From the NCBI GenBank assembly GCA_030532005.1, contig JAUNLZ010000001.1, positions 7,242 to 71,241 on the forward strand: 64,000 bases of DNA, written 5' to 3'. The position numbers were made by a program, and so were the translations under genes. The notes under the pieces were generated by a model. It was given only the letters and a program-made list of their open reading frames with translations. It ran no database searches and was not told the origin of the DNA. Positions within the stretch are counted from its first letter, which is position 1. Every line of letters starts with the position of its first letter. Positions 19,341 to 28,420 of the stretch are shown here, in pieces. Origin of the DNA: Porphyromonas sp. (GTDB lineage Bacteria > Bacteroidota > Bacteroidia > Bacteroidales > Porphyromonadaceae).

Positions 19341-19705
19341 TGGTGCGACCTAAAGGTCGAATTGCAAGGAGGAAATACCGGGTTCCCGAGGTCATAAGCC
19401 CCTACCGGCTGACGCCGATAGGGGCTTATGACACGCGGGCTAACGAAATTCGACCCCTCCGTGGTCGCCGATGTTTCCCCGATGACACCATATATATATG
19501 TGTGAAATCCGATGTTACGTCGTCAACGTTTCATACACCATATATATATACGTGCCGCAACACAAATGGGGGAGCATCGGACGACCCCGGAGGGGTCGCA
19601 TTTAATTAGCCCGCCGGTCGATGGCGAGCGTTGGCGGTAGCCAACGTGAGACGTTGACCCCGGGAAACGACGTCACCCTACCCTCCCGACCTTTAGGTCG
19701 CACCA
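19341..19705 (-). mobile_element. REP/REPIN-like palindromic non-autonomous element, 365 bp, opposite orientation to the 36.4-37.6 kb copies
   Basis: Perfect 19-bp terminal IR TGGTGCGACCTAAAGGTCG ... CGACCTTTAGGTCGCACCA, internal hairpins, homologous to three copies at 36422-37580. Confidence 0.8.
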
Positions 19706-19711
19706 CCCATC

Positions 19712-19735
19712 ACACCCCAAATAGGGGTGTTTTTT
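19712..19735 (+). terminator. Intrinsic terminator downstream of the bio operon
   Basis: ACACCCC-AAATA-GGGGTGT followed by a T run. Confidence 0.65.
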
Positions 19736-19814
19736 ATACATTTGGGGCATTTGGAGGGTGGGGAATGAACCTCCCTCGTAACCGATTGGTTTATAGAGGC
19801 GTAAGGGAGACCCG

Positions 19815-19923
19815 AACTTAGCCGAAGTTAGACGGCCGACTCGCCGCGGTTAGACGGCCGACGAGACAGAGACGAGACCGTATATTAACCTCGGCGAGTC
19901 GGCCGTCTAACTTCGGCTAAGTT
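19815..19923. repeat. 38-bp inverted repeat built from 22-nt units (MITE-like core)
   Basis: 19815-19852 and 19886-19923 are reverse complements with one mismatch; GTTAGACGGCCGAC recurs at a 22-nt period. Confidence 0.85.
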
Positions 19924-20176
19924 ACTACCCCTCCCAACCCCTTGTACCACAGCACCTTATAAAGCCACCAATCTGGACACCCAAAACTGCCCTCAAAACA
20001 AAATATGAAATACAAGTTAACACTTATTACACATTGAGGGTGGTTGATATCCGAGTCCCGACCATTATTCACTCTAAATTATCCCACCAATGCACCAATG
20101 GCGGGGCGGCGATTGTGGTCACAGGGGGTAGATATACATATATCCGATTATTTCGAAGAAATCAGACATATTTTGT

Positions 20177-20184
20177 TACCTTTG
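20177..20184 (+). promoter_or_regulatory. -7 promoter element for meaB (TACCTTTG)
   Basis: TAnnTTTG match with TTCG (-33-like) 21 nt upstream. Confidence 0.55.
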
Positions 20185-20308
20185 TATAGGGTGGTCTTAT
20201 TACAGTCTGTGGAGGGTGGAGGGCGTACCGCAGCGTGAGACTATGGTGTATCAAAACAAAACTTATCTGAAGAACATTTAGGCACATCTGTGTTTTAACG
20301 GTGTATTA

Positions 20309-21421
20309 ATGATTATGAAATACGAACATCCTGAGAACTGTGGTGATTATAAAGGACTGTCTGTCAATAGCGGGGTAGAGAGCGCTCCGATTGTCAATCC
20401 CTACTTCAAACCAAGGCGGCGGCGTTTGCTATCCACGGACGAGTATGTGGAGGGCATACTGTCGGGCAATCGCGCTATGCTCTCGCAGGCGGTCACATTG
20501 GTGGAGAGTAGACTGCCCGAACACCGTCGCAAGGCGCAGGAGGTGATAGAGCGGTGTTTGCCCCACGCCGGCAAATCGGTGAGGATCGGTATCACGGGAG
20601 TCCCCGGAGCCGGAAAAAGTACTTCGATAGATGCGTTTGGGATGCACGTGGTCAAGGCGGGTCACAAGTTGGCGGTCTTGGCGATAGACCCTTCGAGTGA
20701 GCGCTCCAAAGGCAGCATCTTGGGCGACAAAACCCGTATGGAACGACTCTCAAAGGAGGATAACGCTTTTATCCGCCCCAGTCCGTCGGCCGGCTCTTTG
20801 GGCGGTGTGGCACGAAAAACGCGAGAGAGCATCATCCTCTGCGAGGCGGCGGGCTTTGACACCATATTTGTAGAGACTGTGGGAGTGGGCCAATCCGAGA
20901 CGGCGGTGCACTCTATGGTCGATTTTTTCTTACTGATACAATTGGCGGGTACCGGTGATGAGTTGCAAGGTATCAAGCGGGGTATCATGGAGATGGCAGA
21001 CGGTATCGTAATCAACAAGGCCGACGGTGACAATATCAAGCCGGCCGAGCTGGCGGCTCAGCACTTCCGAAATGCGCTGCACCTATTTCCGCCTGCGGAG
21101 AGCGGGTGGACTCCCGAAGTGCTGACCTATTCGGGCTTTTACGACCTTCGGATCAAAGAGGTATGGGATATGATTGATCGCTTTATCGCTTTCATCAAAG
21201 AAAACGGTTACTTCTACCGCCACCGCAACCAACAAACCAAGTTTTGGATGTATGAGAGTATCAACGAGGCTCTGAAAAATGCTTTCTATAACGATCCTAA
21301 GATAATGGCAGAGCTGCCTAAGGTGGAGCAAGCTATTTTGGAGGACAAAATGAGTTCGTTTGTTGCGGCGAATCAACTGCTCAATTTATTTTACGACGGA
21401 TTAAGATTGGAAGATGAATAA
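20309..21421 (+). CDS. meaB: Methylmalonyl-CoA mutase-associated GTPase
   Basis: GITGVPGAGKST, DPSS...GSILGDKTRM, ETVGVGQSE, GDELQGIKRG, NKAD. Confidence 0.93.
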   Translation: MIMKYEHPENCGDYKGLSVNSGVESAPIVNPYFKPRRRRLLSTDEYVEGILSGNRAMLSQAVTLVESRLPEHRRKAQEVIERCLPHAGKSVRIGITGVPGAGKSTSIDAFGMHVVKAGHKLAVLAIDPSSERSKGSILGDKTRMERLSKEDNAFIRPSPSAGSLGGVARKTRESIILCEAAGFDTIFVETVGVGQSETAVHSMVDFFLLIQLAGTGDELQGIKRGIMEMADGIVINKADGDNIKPAELAAQHFRNALHLFPPAESGWTPEVLTYSGFYDLRIKEVWDMIDRFIAFIKENGYFYRHRNQQTKFWMYESINEALKNAFYNDPKIMAELPKVEQAILEDKMSSFVAANQLLNLFYDGLRLEDE

Positions 21422-21785
21422 CAAATCACTATACATGCTCTTTGCCTTTATAGCACTGCTGATGCTTTTTTTTGTAAAGGTCGACAACCGGTTCTTCGAA
21501 ACAGTGAGTCGCGCGCTCCTCTGTGGCGGTGCACTCTATTATTCGCTCAACTCCTATAAACAGAAAAAAGCGGTCACCGTGTTGATGGCGATTATGCTAT
21601 TCGTCGGAATCATTTATAATCCGATCAAAGTACCCCGACTGCCGCAGGGTGTGTGGGTCGGTCTGCACATCGTGACTATGGCGCTTTTTTACATCATTTC
21701 GCTGCGGACGCCGTTGGACGAATCAAAGGTAACTCGGGTCAAGGATGAGGCGGATGAGGAGAGGGACCACACGGCATCGGAGTAA
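21414..21785 (+). CDS. Small membrane protein (DUF6804-like)
   Basis: Four hydrophobic segments, IIYNPIKV motif; overlaps the meaB stop. Confidence 0.6.
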   Translation: MNNKSLYMLFAFIALLMLFFVKVDNRFFETVSRALLCGGALYYSLNSYKQKKAVTVLMAIMLFVGIIYNPIKVPRLPQGVWVGLHIVTMALFYIISLRTPLDESKVTRVKDEADEERDHTASE

Positions 21786-21807
21786 TCGGATAGTGTACAG
21801 AATTATG

Positions 21808-21815
21808 TATCTTTG
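21808..21815 (+). promoter_or_regulatory. -7 promoter element for the glyQS operon (TATCTTTG)
   Basis: TAnnTTTG match 40 nt upstream of the ATG. Confidence 0.6.
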
Positions 21816-21855
21816 TACCGCATTGTGAATTGTATTTGAATATTGAGATAAAGAG

Positions 21856-23403
21856 ATGGCACAACAAGGTGACGACAACCTATTTAAGAAGATAGTTGCA
21901 CATTGTAAAGAGTATGGATTTGTATTTCCATCCTCGGATATATATGACGGATTGGGCGCGGTCTATGACTACGGTCAAAATGGTGTAGAGCTTAAAAATA
22001 ACATCAAACGTTATTGGTGGGAGGCGATGACCCTACTTCACGACAATGTGGTGGGGATTGACTCTTCTATATTTATGCACCCCACCGTATGGAAGGCGTC
22101 GGGACATATTGATGCGTTTAACGACCCTTTGATTGATAACAAGGTGTCTAAGAAGAGGTACCGCGCCGATGTCCTTATCGAGGATCATTTGGCAAAGATC
22201 GATGCAAAGATAAACAAAGAGATTGCCAAGGCGGCCAAACGTTTTGGCGACGCATTTGACGAAGAACAGTACAGACAGACCAATGGCAGGGTACTCAAGT
22301 ACCAAGAGGAGTACGACACCATACACCAACGTTTTGTAAAGGCATTGGAGGAAAATGACTTGCCGGGTCTCAAAAAACTAATCGAGGATTGTGAGATTGT
22401 GGATCCCATCAGCGGTTCGCGTGAATGGACCGATGTACGCCAGTTTAATCTGATGTTTGCCACAGAGTTGGGGTCTACATCGGACAATGCGATGAAGATT
22501 TACTTACGTCCCGAGACGGCACAAGGCATCTTTGTCAATTATCTCAATGTACAGAAGAGCGGCCGTATGAAGATCCCGTTTGGTATCGCCCAAATCGGTA
22601 AGGCGTTTCGCAATGAGATTGTGGCGAGACAGTTCATCTTCCGTATGCGTGAGTTTGAACAGATGGAGATGCAATTCTTCGTGGCACCGGGAACCGAATT
22701 GGAGTGGTTTGAAAAGTGGAAGGCGGAGCGTCTGCGCTGGCACAAAGCCCTTGGGTTGGGTGATGAGAAATATCGCTACCACGACCATGATAAATTGGCA
22801 CACTATGCCAATGCCGCTACGGATATTGAGTTTGAGATGTCATTCGGCTTTAAGGAGGTGGAGGGCATCCACTCTCGTACCGACTTTGATCTGAGCCGTC
22901 ACGAGGAGTTTTCGGGCAAGAAGCTCAGATACTTTGACCCCGAGCGCAACGAGAGTTATGTCCCCTACGTGGTGGAGACCTCAATAGGTGTAGACAGGCT
23001 CTTTTTGAGTGTCCTCTTTGGATGCTATGAAGAGGAGCTGTTGGAGAATGGTGAAACACGCGTGGTACTCCATCTGCCCCCCGCTTTGGCTCCTAAGAAG
23101 GTGGCGGTATTGCCTTTAGTGCGTAAAGATGGTTTGCCCGAATTGGCTATGGAGATTGTCAATGAGTTGAAGTTCCACTTCCCTTGTGACTACGATGAGA
23201 AGGACTCTATCGGCAAGCGTTACCGCAGGCAGGATGCGTTGGGCACGCCTTTCTGTATCACGGTAGACCACGAGAGTTTGGAGGACAAGATGGTCACCGT
23301 CCGTCACCGTGACACGATGGAGCAACAAAGAGTGGCCATCAGCGAATTGAGCGATCTGATAGACAAGAGCGTGAGTATGAAGTCGCTTTTGATGAAGATA
23401 TAA
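21856..23403 (+). CDS. glyQS: Glycine--tRNA ligase (alpha2 type)
   Basis: YDYGQNG, WKASGH, YLRPETAQGIF, GKAFRNEI, REFEQME, SIGKRYRRQD. Confidence 0.96.
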   Translation: MAQQGDDNLFKKIVAHCKEYGFVFPSSDIYDGLGAVYDYGQNGVELKNNIKRYWWEAMTLLHDNVVGIDSSIFMHPTVWKASGHIDAFNDPLIDNKVSKKRYRADVLIEDHLAKIDAKINKEIAKAAKRFGDAFDEEQYRQTNGRVLKYQEEYDTIHQRFVKALEENDLPGLKKLIEDCEIVDPISGSREWTDVRQFNLMFATELGSTSDNAMKIYLRPETAQGIFVNYLNVQKSGRMKIPFGIAQIGKAFRNEIVARQFIFRMREFEQMEMQFFVAPGTELEWFEKWKAERLRWHKALGLGDEKYRYHDHDKLAHYANAATDIEFEMSFGFKEVEGIHSRTDFDLSRHEEFSGKKLRYFDPERNESYVPYVVETSIGVDRLFLSVLFGCYEEELLENGETRVVLHLPPALAPKKVAVLPLVRKDGLPELAMEIVNELKFHFPCDYDEKDSIGKRYRRQDALGTPFCITVDHESLEDKMVTVRHRDTMEQQRVAISELSDLIDKSVSMKSLLMKI

Positions 23404-23430
23404 TCGCATATTATAATTACGTTATAATAC

Positions 23431-23913
23431 ATGAGTAAAAGACTTGTATACGTCCTTTTTGTGTTGCTTCTCGGCCTTACCGGTTGCAACGTGGATTATA
23501 AACCCGAGGACTCTGAATACAAAAAAGAGAATGTGGCTTTTGTGGAGGAGGCTGTAAACAAAGGGTACACCGAGTTGCGTTTTCTCAACACCAACCCGCC
23601 GATTTACTACAAGGTCATCGAGGCTTCGGAGGCGGCCAATAAAGAATATCCTTTGCAGGGCAGTACGGTCAAGATGGAGCTGTCGGGGAAGCTGATCTCG
23701 GGTGAAATATTCCAAGCACCGGGGCCGCTGACCATGAGGGTGAACCAATTGATACTGGGCATGCAGTACGCTTTGCAGTCGATGAATGTCGGCGACCGAT
23801 GGGAGGTGGTGATTCCGTATGAATTGGGCTACGGCTACAGAAATCACGGTACCATCCCCGCCTTTTCGACACTCATCTTTGACATCCAACTTGTTGAGAT
23901 CACCGCGCGATGA
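23431..23913 (+). CDS. FKBP-type peptidyl-prolyl isomerase lipoprotein
   Basis: Lipobox LTGC; LILGMQYALQSM, IPYELGYG, IPAFSTLIFDIQL. Confidence 0.9.
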   Translation: MSKRLVYVLFVLLLGLTGCNVDYKPEDSEYKKENVAFVEEAVNKGYTELRFLNTNPPIYYKVIEASEAANKEYPLQGSTVKMELSGKLISGEIFQAPGPLTMRVNQLILGMQYALQSMNVGDRWEVVIPYELGYGYRNHGTIPAFSTLIFDIQLVEITAR

Positions 23914-24677
23914 TACCTAAGCGTCCTCTGATTTTAGTAAGCAATGACGATGGGGTCTTTGCCAAGGGTCTGGTAGAGCTTTATACGGCACTGCGCGATT
24001 TGGGTGACATTGTAGTGGTGGCGCCCGATGGTCCGCGGAGCGGTTCGTCAAGTGCTATCACCTCATCTATCCCTATCCACTTTGATTTGGTGGAGACAGA
24101 ACCGGGACTGACCATATATAGTTGTAGCGGGACGCCTGCCGACTGTGTCAAGCTGGCGCTCAATGAGATTTTACCCGTGCTGCCCGACTTGGTGGTGGCA
24201 GGGATCAATCACGGTGGTAATGAAGGGATTGCCGTCAACTATTCGGGTACCTTGGGTGCCGCAATTGAGGGAACCATCTTTAATATCCCCTCTTTTGCCG
24301 TCTCTCTACTCCACGGAGACCAGGAAAGTGACTATCTGGACAGCTGTCGTTTTGCACGCAGTATTGCACGGAAAATCCTCAAAGAGGGCATCCCCAAGGG
24401 GGTCTATCTCAATGTGAATATCCCTAATGTACCCGAGGTGAGAGGACTGAGGGTCTGCAGTCAAGCGGACGGCAAGTATGTCAATGAATATGTGTGCCAA
24501 ACTACCCCTACCGGAAGGGAGGTGTACTGGCTCTCCGGCAGTATCCAACTGGCGGAGCCTATCAATCAGAACTGGGATATCGAATTACTCAAGAGAGGGT
24601 ACGGCACCATCGTACCGTGCAATATTGACGTCACCGACTATGAAGTGATCCAGGAGATCAAGCACTGGGACGAATAA
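23910..24677 (+). CDS. surE: 5'/3'-nucleotidase SurE
   Basis: ILVSNDDG, SGTPADCV, GINHGGN, YSGT. Confidence 0.95.
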   Translation: MIPKRPLILVSNDDGVFAKGLVELYTALRDLGDIVVVAPDGPRSGSSSAITSSIPIHFDLVETEPGLTIYSCSGTPADCVKLALNEILPVLPDLVVAGINHGGNEGIAVNYSGTLGAAIEGTIFNIPSFAVSLLHGDQESDYLDSCRFARSIARKILKEGIPKGVYLNVNIPNVPEVRGLRVCSQADGKYVNEYVCQTTPTGREVYWLSGSIQLAEPINQNWDIELLKRGYGTIVPCNIDVTDYEVIQEIKHWDE

Positions 24678-24684
24678 TGAAATA

Positions 24685-25800
24685 ATGAAGTACTTCTTTG
24701 TGGCGGGCGAGGCGAGTGGCGATCTGCATACTTCGACCATAATGAAAGAGCTGAAAGGTCTTGACCCTTCGGCTACTTTCGCTTTTATGGGAGGACCGCG
24801 GATGAGAGCCGTGGGAGGGCGCTCGGTGGTGGCGTCCGAGGCGATCGCATTTATGGGCTTTGTCGATGTGGCCCTCAACCTCTCTAAGATACAATCTGCC
24901 GCTAAGAGGGTACAGCAAGTAATTTTGGAAATGCAACCGGATGTGGTGGTCTGTACCGACTATGCCGGTTTTTGCTTTCGATACATATTGCCCTTTGTGA
25001 GGAAGCATCTCCCGTCGTGTCGGATCGTCTATTACATACCGCCCAAGGTGTGGGCTTGGAAAAAAGGGCGTATCAAGACGCTCCGTACCCACACGGATCT
25101 GGTACTCTCGATCTTTCCTTTTGAGGTGCCTTACTTCGAAGAAAACCATTTGCCGCAAGTCAAGTATGTGGGCAACCCCTCATTGGAGGAGGTGGAGCAA
25201 TTTTTGGAGCGTCACAGTGCAACCGAGCAAGCTCCCTATATAGCTTTACTGCCCGGCAGCCGCAAGTCGGAAATCATTAAAAACCTGCCGACTATGCTCA
25301 GAGTGGCTCACGCTTTCCCCGAATATGATATCAAGATAGCAGGTACGGACAGCGTGCCTCGGTCGCTCTACAGTGAGGTGGCTCCGGGATTGGAGCCGAT
25401 ATTTAACGACACCTATACGATCCTCAGCGGTGCCACGGCGGCATTGGTGACAAGCGGTACGGCCACTCTCGAGACGGCACTCTTCGGGGTGCCACAAGTG
25501 GTGTGCTATGCTCACCAAGCGGGACATCTCGCCAACTTCGTCTTTGACCGTCTATTCACCGCCAAATACATCTCCTTGGTCAATCTCATCGCTGATGAAG
25601 CGGTGGTGCCCGAACTATTTGGAGGACGTTTTAGAGAAGATCTAATCAAGTCCGAACTGTCGCCTTTGCTCCGAGAGAGGGGCGACCGCCAACACAAGAG
25701 AGAGGCGATGATTGAGGGATACAAAAAAGTGCACCGGTTATTACAAACCGATGCACCCTCATCCAAGATAGCTGCTGAAGCCATCTTAGGTCAATTATAG
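24685..25800 (+). CDS. lpxB: Lipid-A-disaccharide synthase
   Basis: AGEASGDLH, PKVWAWK, IFPFE, LLPGSRKSEI, SGTATLE, ISLVNLI. Confidence 0.95.
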   Translation: MKYFFVAGEASGDLHTSTIMKELKGLDPSATFAFMGGPRMRAVGGRSVVASEAIAFMGFVDVALNLSKIQSAAKRVQQVILEMQPDVVVCTDYAGFCFRYILPFVRKHLPSCRIVYYIPPKVWAWKKGRIKTLRTHTDLVLSIFPFEVPYFEENHLPQVKYVGNPSLEEVEQFLERHSATEQAPYIALLPGSRKSEIIKNLPTMLRVAHAFPEYDIKIAGTDSVPRSLYSEVAPGLEPIFNDTYTILSGATAALVTSGTATLETALFGVPQVVCYAHQAGHLANFVFDRLFTAKYISLVNLIADEAVVPELFGGRFREDLIKSELSPLLRERGDRQHKREAMIEGYKKVHRLLQTDAPSSKIAAEAILGQL

Positions 25801-26670
25801 TGCGGCATTCTCCTTGATAAAGGTACCTCTATCGATTTCGTCAAACGCCTGCTCCAACTCCTCGTTGGTATTCATCACCACAGGACCGCCCCAAGCGATA
25901 GGCTCCTTGAGAGGTCTGCCCGCAAGCAACACAAAGCGTGCGCCCTCAGCCCCGGCCTTGATCTCTACAGTCTCATACTCGTCAGCATTTTCATTGGACG
26001 CACTGAAGCGAATAGCGCAGCCCTTCTCCTCAAAGTTGTCCAAGCCCTCGTTGACAGCGACATCACCGGAGAGGAGGTAGATGAAGAGCGTCTCATCGTT
26101 GGGCGTACCGGCGTAGCTCCAAGTGGCACCCGGTTTTAGATTGACATCTAAATAGGTGACCGCCACATGCTCAGGCTCAAAAGCCCCTCTGGTGTCGCCA
26201 TACTTGCCGGAGATCACTTTGACCGTCGCTTGCTCCTCCGTTACGGACGGGATATCCTCTGACCGGATATCACCATAAGTGGGCGCCGACATTTTGTCTT
26301 TCTTAGGTAGATTGACCCACAACTGGCAACCCAATAAATGCTCGGATGCTACCGGCATCTCCTGGTGGATGATACCCGATCCGGCACTCATCCATTGGGT
26401 ATCGCCCTTACGGATCACGCCTTTATTGCCAAGGCTGTCGCTATGCTCCATCTCGCCGCTCACCAAATAGGTAACCGTCTCGATACCTCTGTGAGGGTGC
26501 CAAGGGAATCCCTTAATATAATCTTCCGGATTTTTAGAATCAAAACCATCTAACATCAAGAAGGGGTCAAAAGACTTGATCGTCCTAATTCCTAACACGC
26601 GAGTCAGTCTAACACCCGCACCGTCAATGGCCCTATGACCTCTAACAATATCTGCTACTTTTCGTTTCAT
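25795..26670 (-). CDS. Pirin family protein
   Basis: DGAGV, DPFLMLD, HPHRGIETVTY, GIIHQEMP, GGPVVMNT. Confidence 0.95.
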   Translation of the reverse strand: MKRKVADIVRGHRAIDGAGVRLTRVLGIRTIKSFDPFLMLDGFDSKNPEDYIKGFPWHPHRGIETVTYLVSGEMEHSDSLGNKGVIRKGDTQWMSAGSGIIHQEMPVASEHLLGCQLWVNLPKKDKMSAPTYGDIRSEDIPSVTEEQATVKVISGKYGDTRGAFEPEHVAVTYLDVNLKPGATWSYAGTPNDETLFIYLLSGDVAVNEGLDNFEEKGCAIRFSASNENADEYETVEIKAGAEGARFVLLAGRPLKEPIAWGGPVVMNTNEELEQAFDEIDRGTFIKENAAL

Positions 26671-26708
26671 ACTATTATGGGTTATATAAATTCAACATAC
26701 ATCCTATA

Positions 26709-26716
26709 CAAATATA
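26709..26716 (-). promoter_or_regulatory. -7 promoter element for pirin (TATATTTG on the minus strand)
   Basis: CAAATATA on the plus strand, 38 nt upstream of the pirin ATG. Confidence 0.55.
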
Positions 26717-26776
26717 ACCAATAAGTAAGATATTTGCTCATTGACGATTAATAAAAAAGATTAAACTAAGGGGCAG

Positions 26777-26809
26777 AAAAAAGGTGTACCAAACAGCGTT
26801 GATACACCT
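26777..26809 (-). terminator. Intrinsic terminator of the TPR-mltG-nif3-zinc ribbon operon
   Basis: AGGTGTA-C-CAA / TTG-A-TACACCT stem, preceded by an A run on the plus strand. Confidence 0.65.
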
Positions 26810-26837
26810 CGAAAAGTATTGTAAATCCATCTATAGA

Positions 26838-27617
26838 TTACAGCTCAAATTGGTCTGCCACCTCAGTCGCCAACTCCTGATCAATGAGTACCCTGCCACA
26901 GTATTCGCAAGCGATGATCTTCTTGTGAGCTCTCACATCAATCACACGCTGGGGCGGGATGAGGTTGAAACAACCGGCACAGGCGCCACGCTCGATAGGA
27001 GCTACCGCCATACCGTTGTGCGACGACTTGCGTGTGCGTTTAAAGGCGGTCAGCAACCTTGGCTCTATCACACCCTCCAACTCCTTTGCCTTTATCCTCA
27101 ACTTCTCTTCCTCTGCTTTGGTATCGGCGATGATCTCATCAAGCTCCGCCTTTTTGGCATTGTAGACTTCCTGTACCTCGGCAATGTCAGCCTTGACCTG
27201 CTCTATATCCTCTTGCACAAAGCGGGTATCCTCTTGGTACTCACGGATTGATTTCTCGTACTTCAGTACATCCAAGTCCAAGTTTTCCAACTCCTTGGAG
27301 ATGGCATCATACTCCTTATCATTGTGGACATCATTGAGGTGCTGCTTGTACTTCTCAATCATAGCCTGAGCCGCACGTATCCCCTCACGGGACAGCTCTA
27401 CAGCACGCTTGTTACGCTCTACTTGCTCCGCATACCGGTCTATACGCGTCTGCTTGCCTGCCAACTCATCCGACAGTTCCTCCACCTCCAAGGGCAGTTC
27501 ACCCCTCATCGTACGGATACGATCGATCTCGGAAGATACAATTTGCAGTTGGTAGAGAGCTACCAAACGCTCCTCTACTGTTATCTCTTTTTGACTCTCT
27601 TCTTTCTTATTAGCCAT
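26838..27617 (-). CDS. Coiled-coil plus C4 zinc-ribbon protein (DUF164/CdsZ-like)
   Basis: Long coiled coil, CAGC...IIACEYCGR; adjacent to nif3; start MANKK at 27617. Confidence 0.88.
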   Translation of the reverse strand: MANKKEESQKEITVEERLVALYQLQIVSSEIDRIRTMRGELPLEVEELSDELAGKQTRIDRYAEQVERNKRAVELSREGIRAAQAMIEKYKQHLNDVHNDKEYDAISKELENLDLDVLKYEKSIREYQEDTRFVQEDIEQVKADIAEVQEVYNAKKAELDEIIADTKAEEEKLRIKAKELEGVIEPRLLTAFKRTRKSSHNGMAVAPIERGACAGCFNLIPPQRVIDVRAHKKIIACEYCGRVLIDQELATEVADQFEL

Positions 27618-27634
27618 AGCTTTATCCACGTTTA

Positions 27635-28420
27635 TCAGATGTAATGCAAAGGATTGACACACGATGTCGCATTATAGACAGCAAAGTTACCTCTTTTTTC
27701 AGACATAATCTCTATCAAGATTTCCTTCGACAGCAATTCCGACTCAAAGTGGCCTATCGTCATCAGTGTGATCAAGCCCTCCGCATCATAATAATCATTG
27801 TACTTAGCTTCGCCGGTGATAAAGATGTCCGCCTCGGCCTCTACCGCTCTATCAATCAAGAAATTACCACTACCCCCGCAGTAGGCCACACGTTGTATAG
27901 GCTCACGCACGACACGGTTGTGAGCCACACGCTCGATCGGTTGGAAGCTCTTCATCCGCTCCACCAATTGTTCCAAAGAGAGCGGCTCCGGGAGATCGCC
28001 CACCACTCCGGCGCCGATGGTCGGCAGATCCTGCTTAGGCATCAATATTTGTATATCTTGCAAACCCATCCGGCGCGCCCAGTAGACATTGATTCCCTCA
28101 TCATCATTATCCAAAGCGGTATGCGAAGCATATACGACGATATCATGTTTGATAGCCATCATCAACGCCCTATTGATATAGTAATCGGGTGTGATAGACT
28201 TCGTAGCGTGGAAGAGGGCGGGATGGTGCGTCACAATCAAGTTGCAACCTTTATCAATCGCCTCCTCCACCACAGCCTCCGTGGTATCGATGGCCACCAA
28301 TACCCCTTTCAACTCCTGAGCCACGTCGCCGCACTGTACACCGCTATTGTCAAATCCATCTTGTTGCGACAGAGGGACACGCCGCTCAAGGTGGTTTATC
28401 ATCTCTCTGATCTTCATCAC
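27635..28420 (-). CDS. Nif3-like dinuclear metal-centre protein (YbgI family)
   Basis: DNSGVQ, THHP, HTALD, CGGSG, GHFESE. Confidence 0.92.
   Translation of the reverse strand: MMKIREMINHLERRVPLSQQDGFDNSGVQCGDVAQELKGVLVAIDTTEAVVEEAIDKGCNLIVTHHPALFHATKSITPDYYINRALMMAIKHDIVVYASHTALDNDDEGINVYWARRMGLQDIQILMPKQDLPTIGAGVVGDLPEPLSLEQLVERMKSFQPIERVAHNRVVREPIQRVAYCGGSGNFLIDRAVEAEADIFITGEAKYNDYYDAEGLITLMTIGHFESELLSKEILIEIMSEKRGNFAVYNATSCVNPLHYI

Noticed and set aside
19340-20238. Short ORFs 19340, 19621 and 20044
   Set aside because: They overlap repeat or promoter DNA and have no recognisable protein features.
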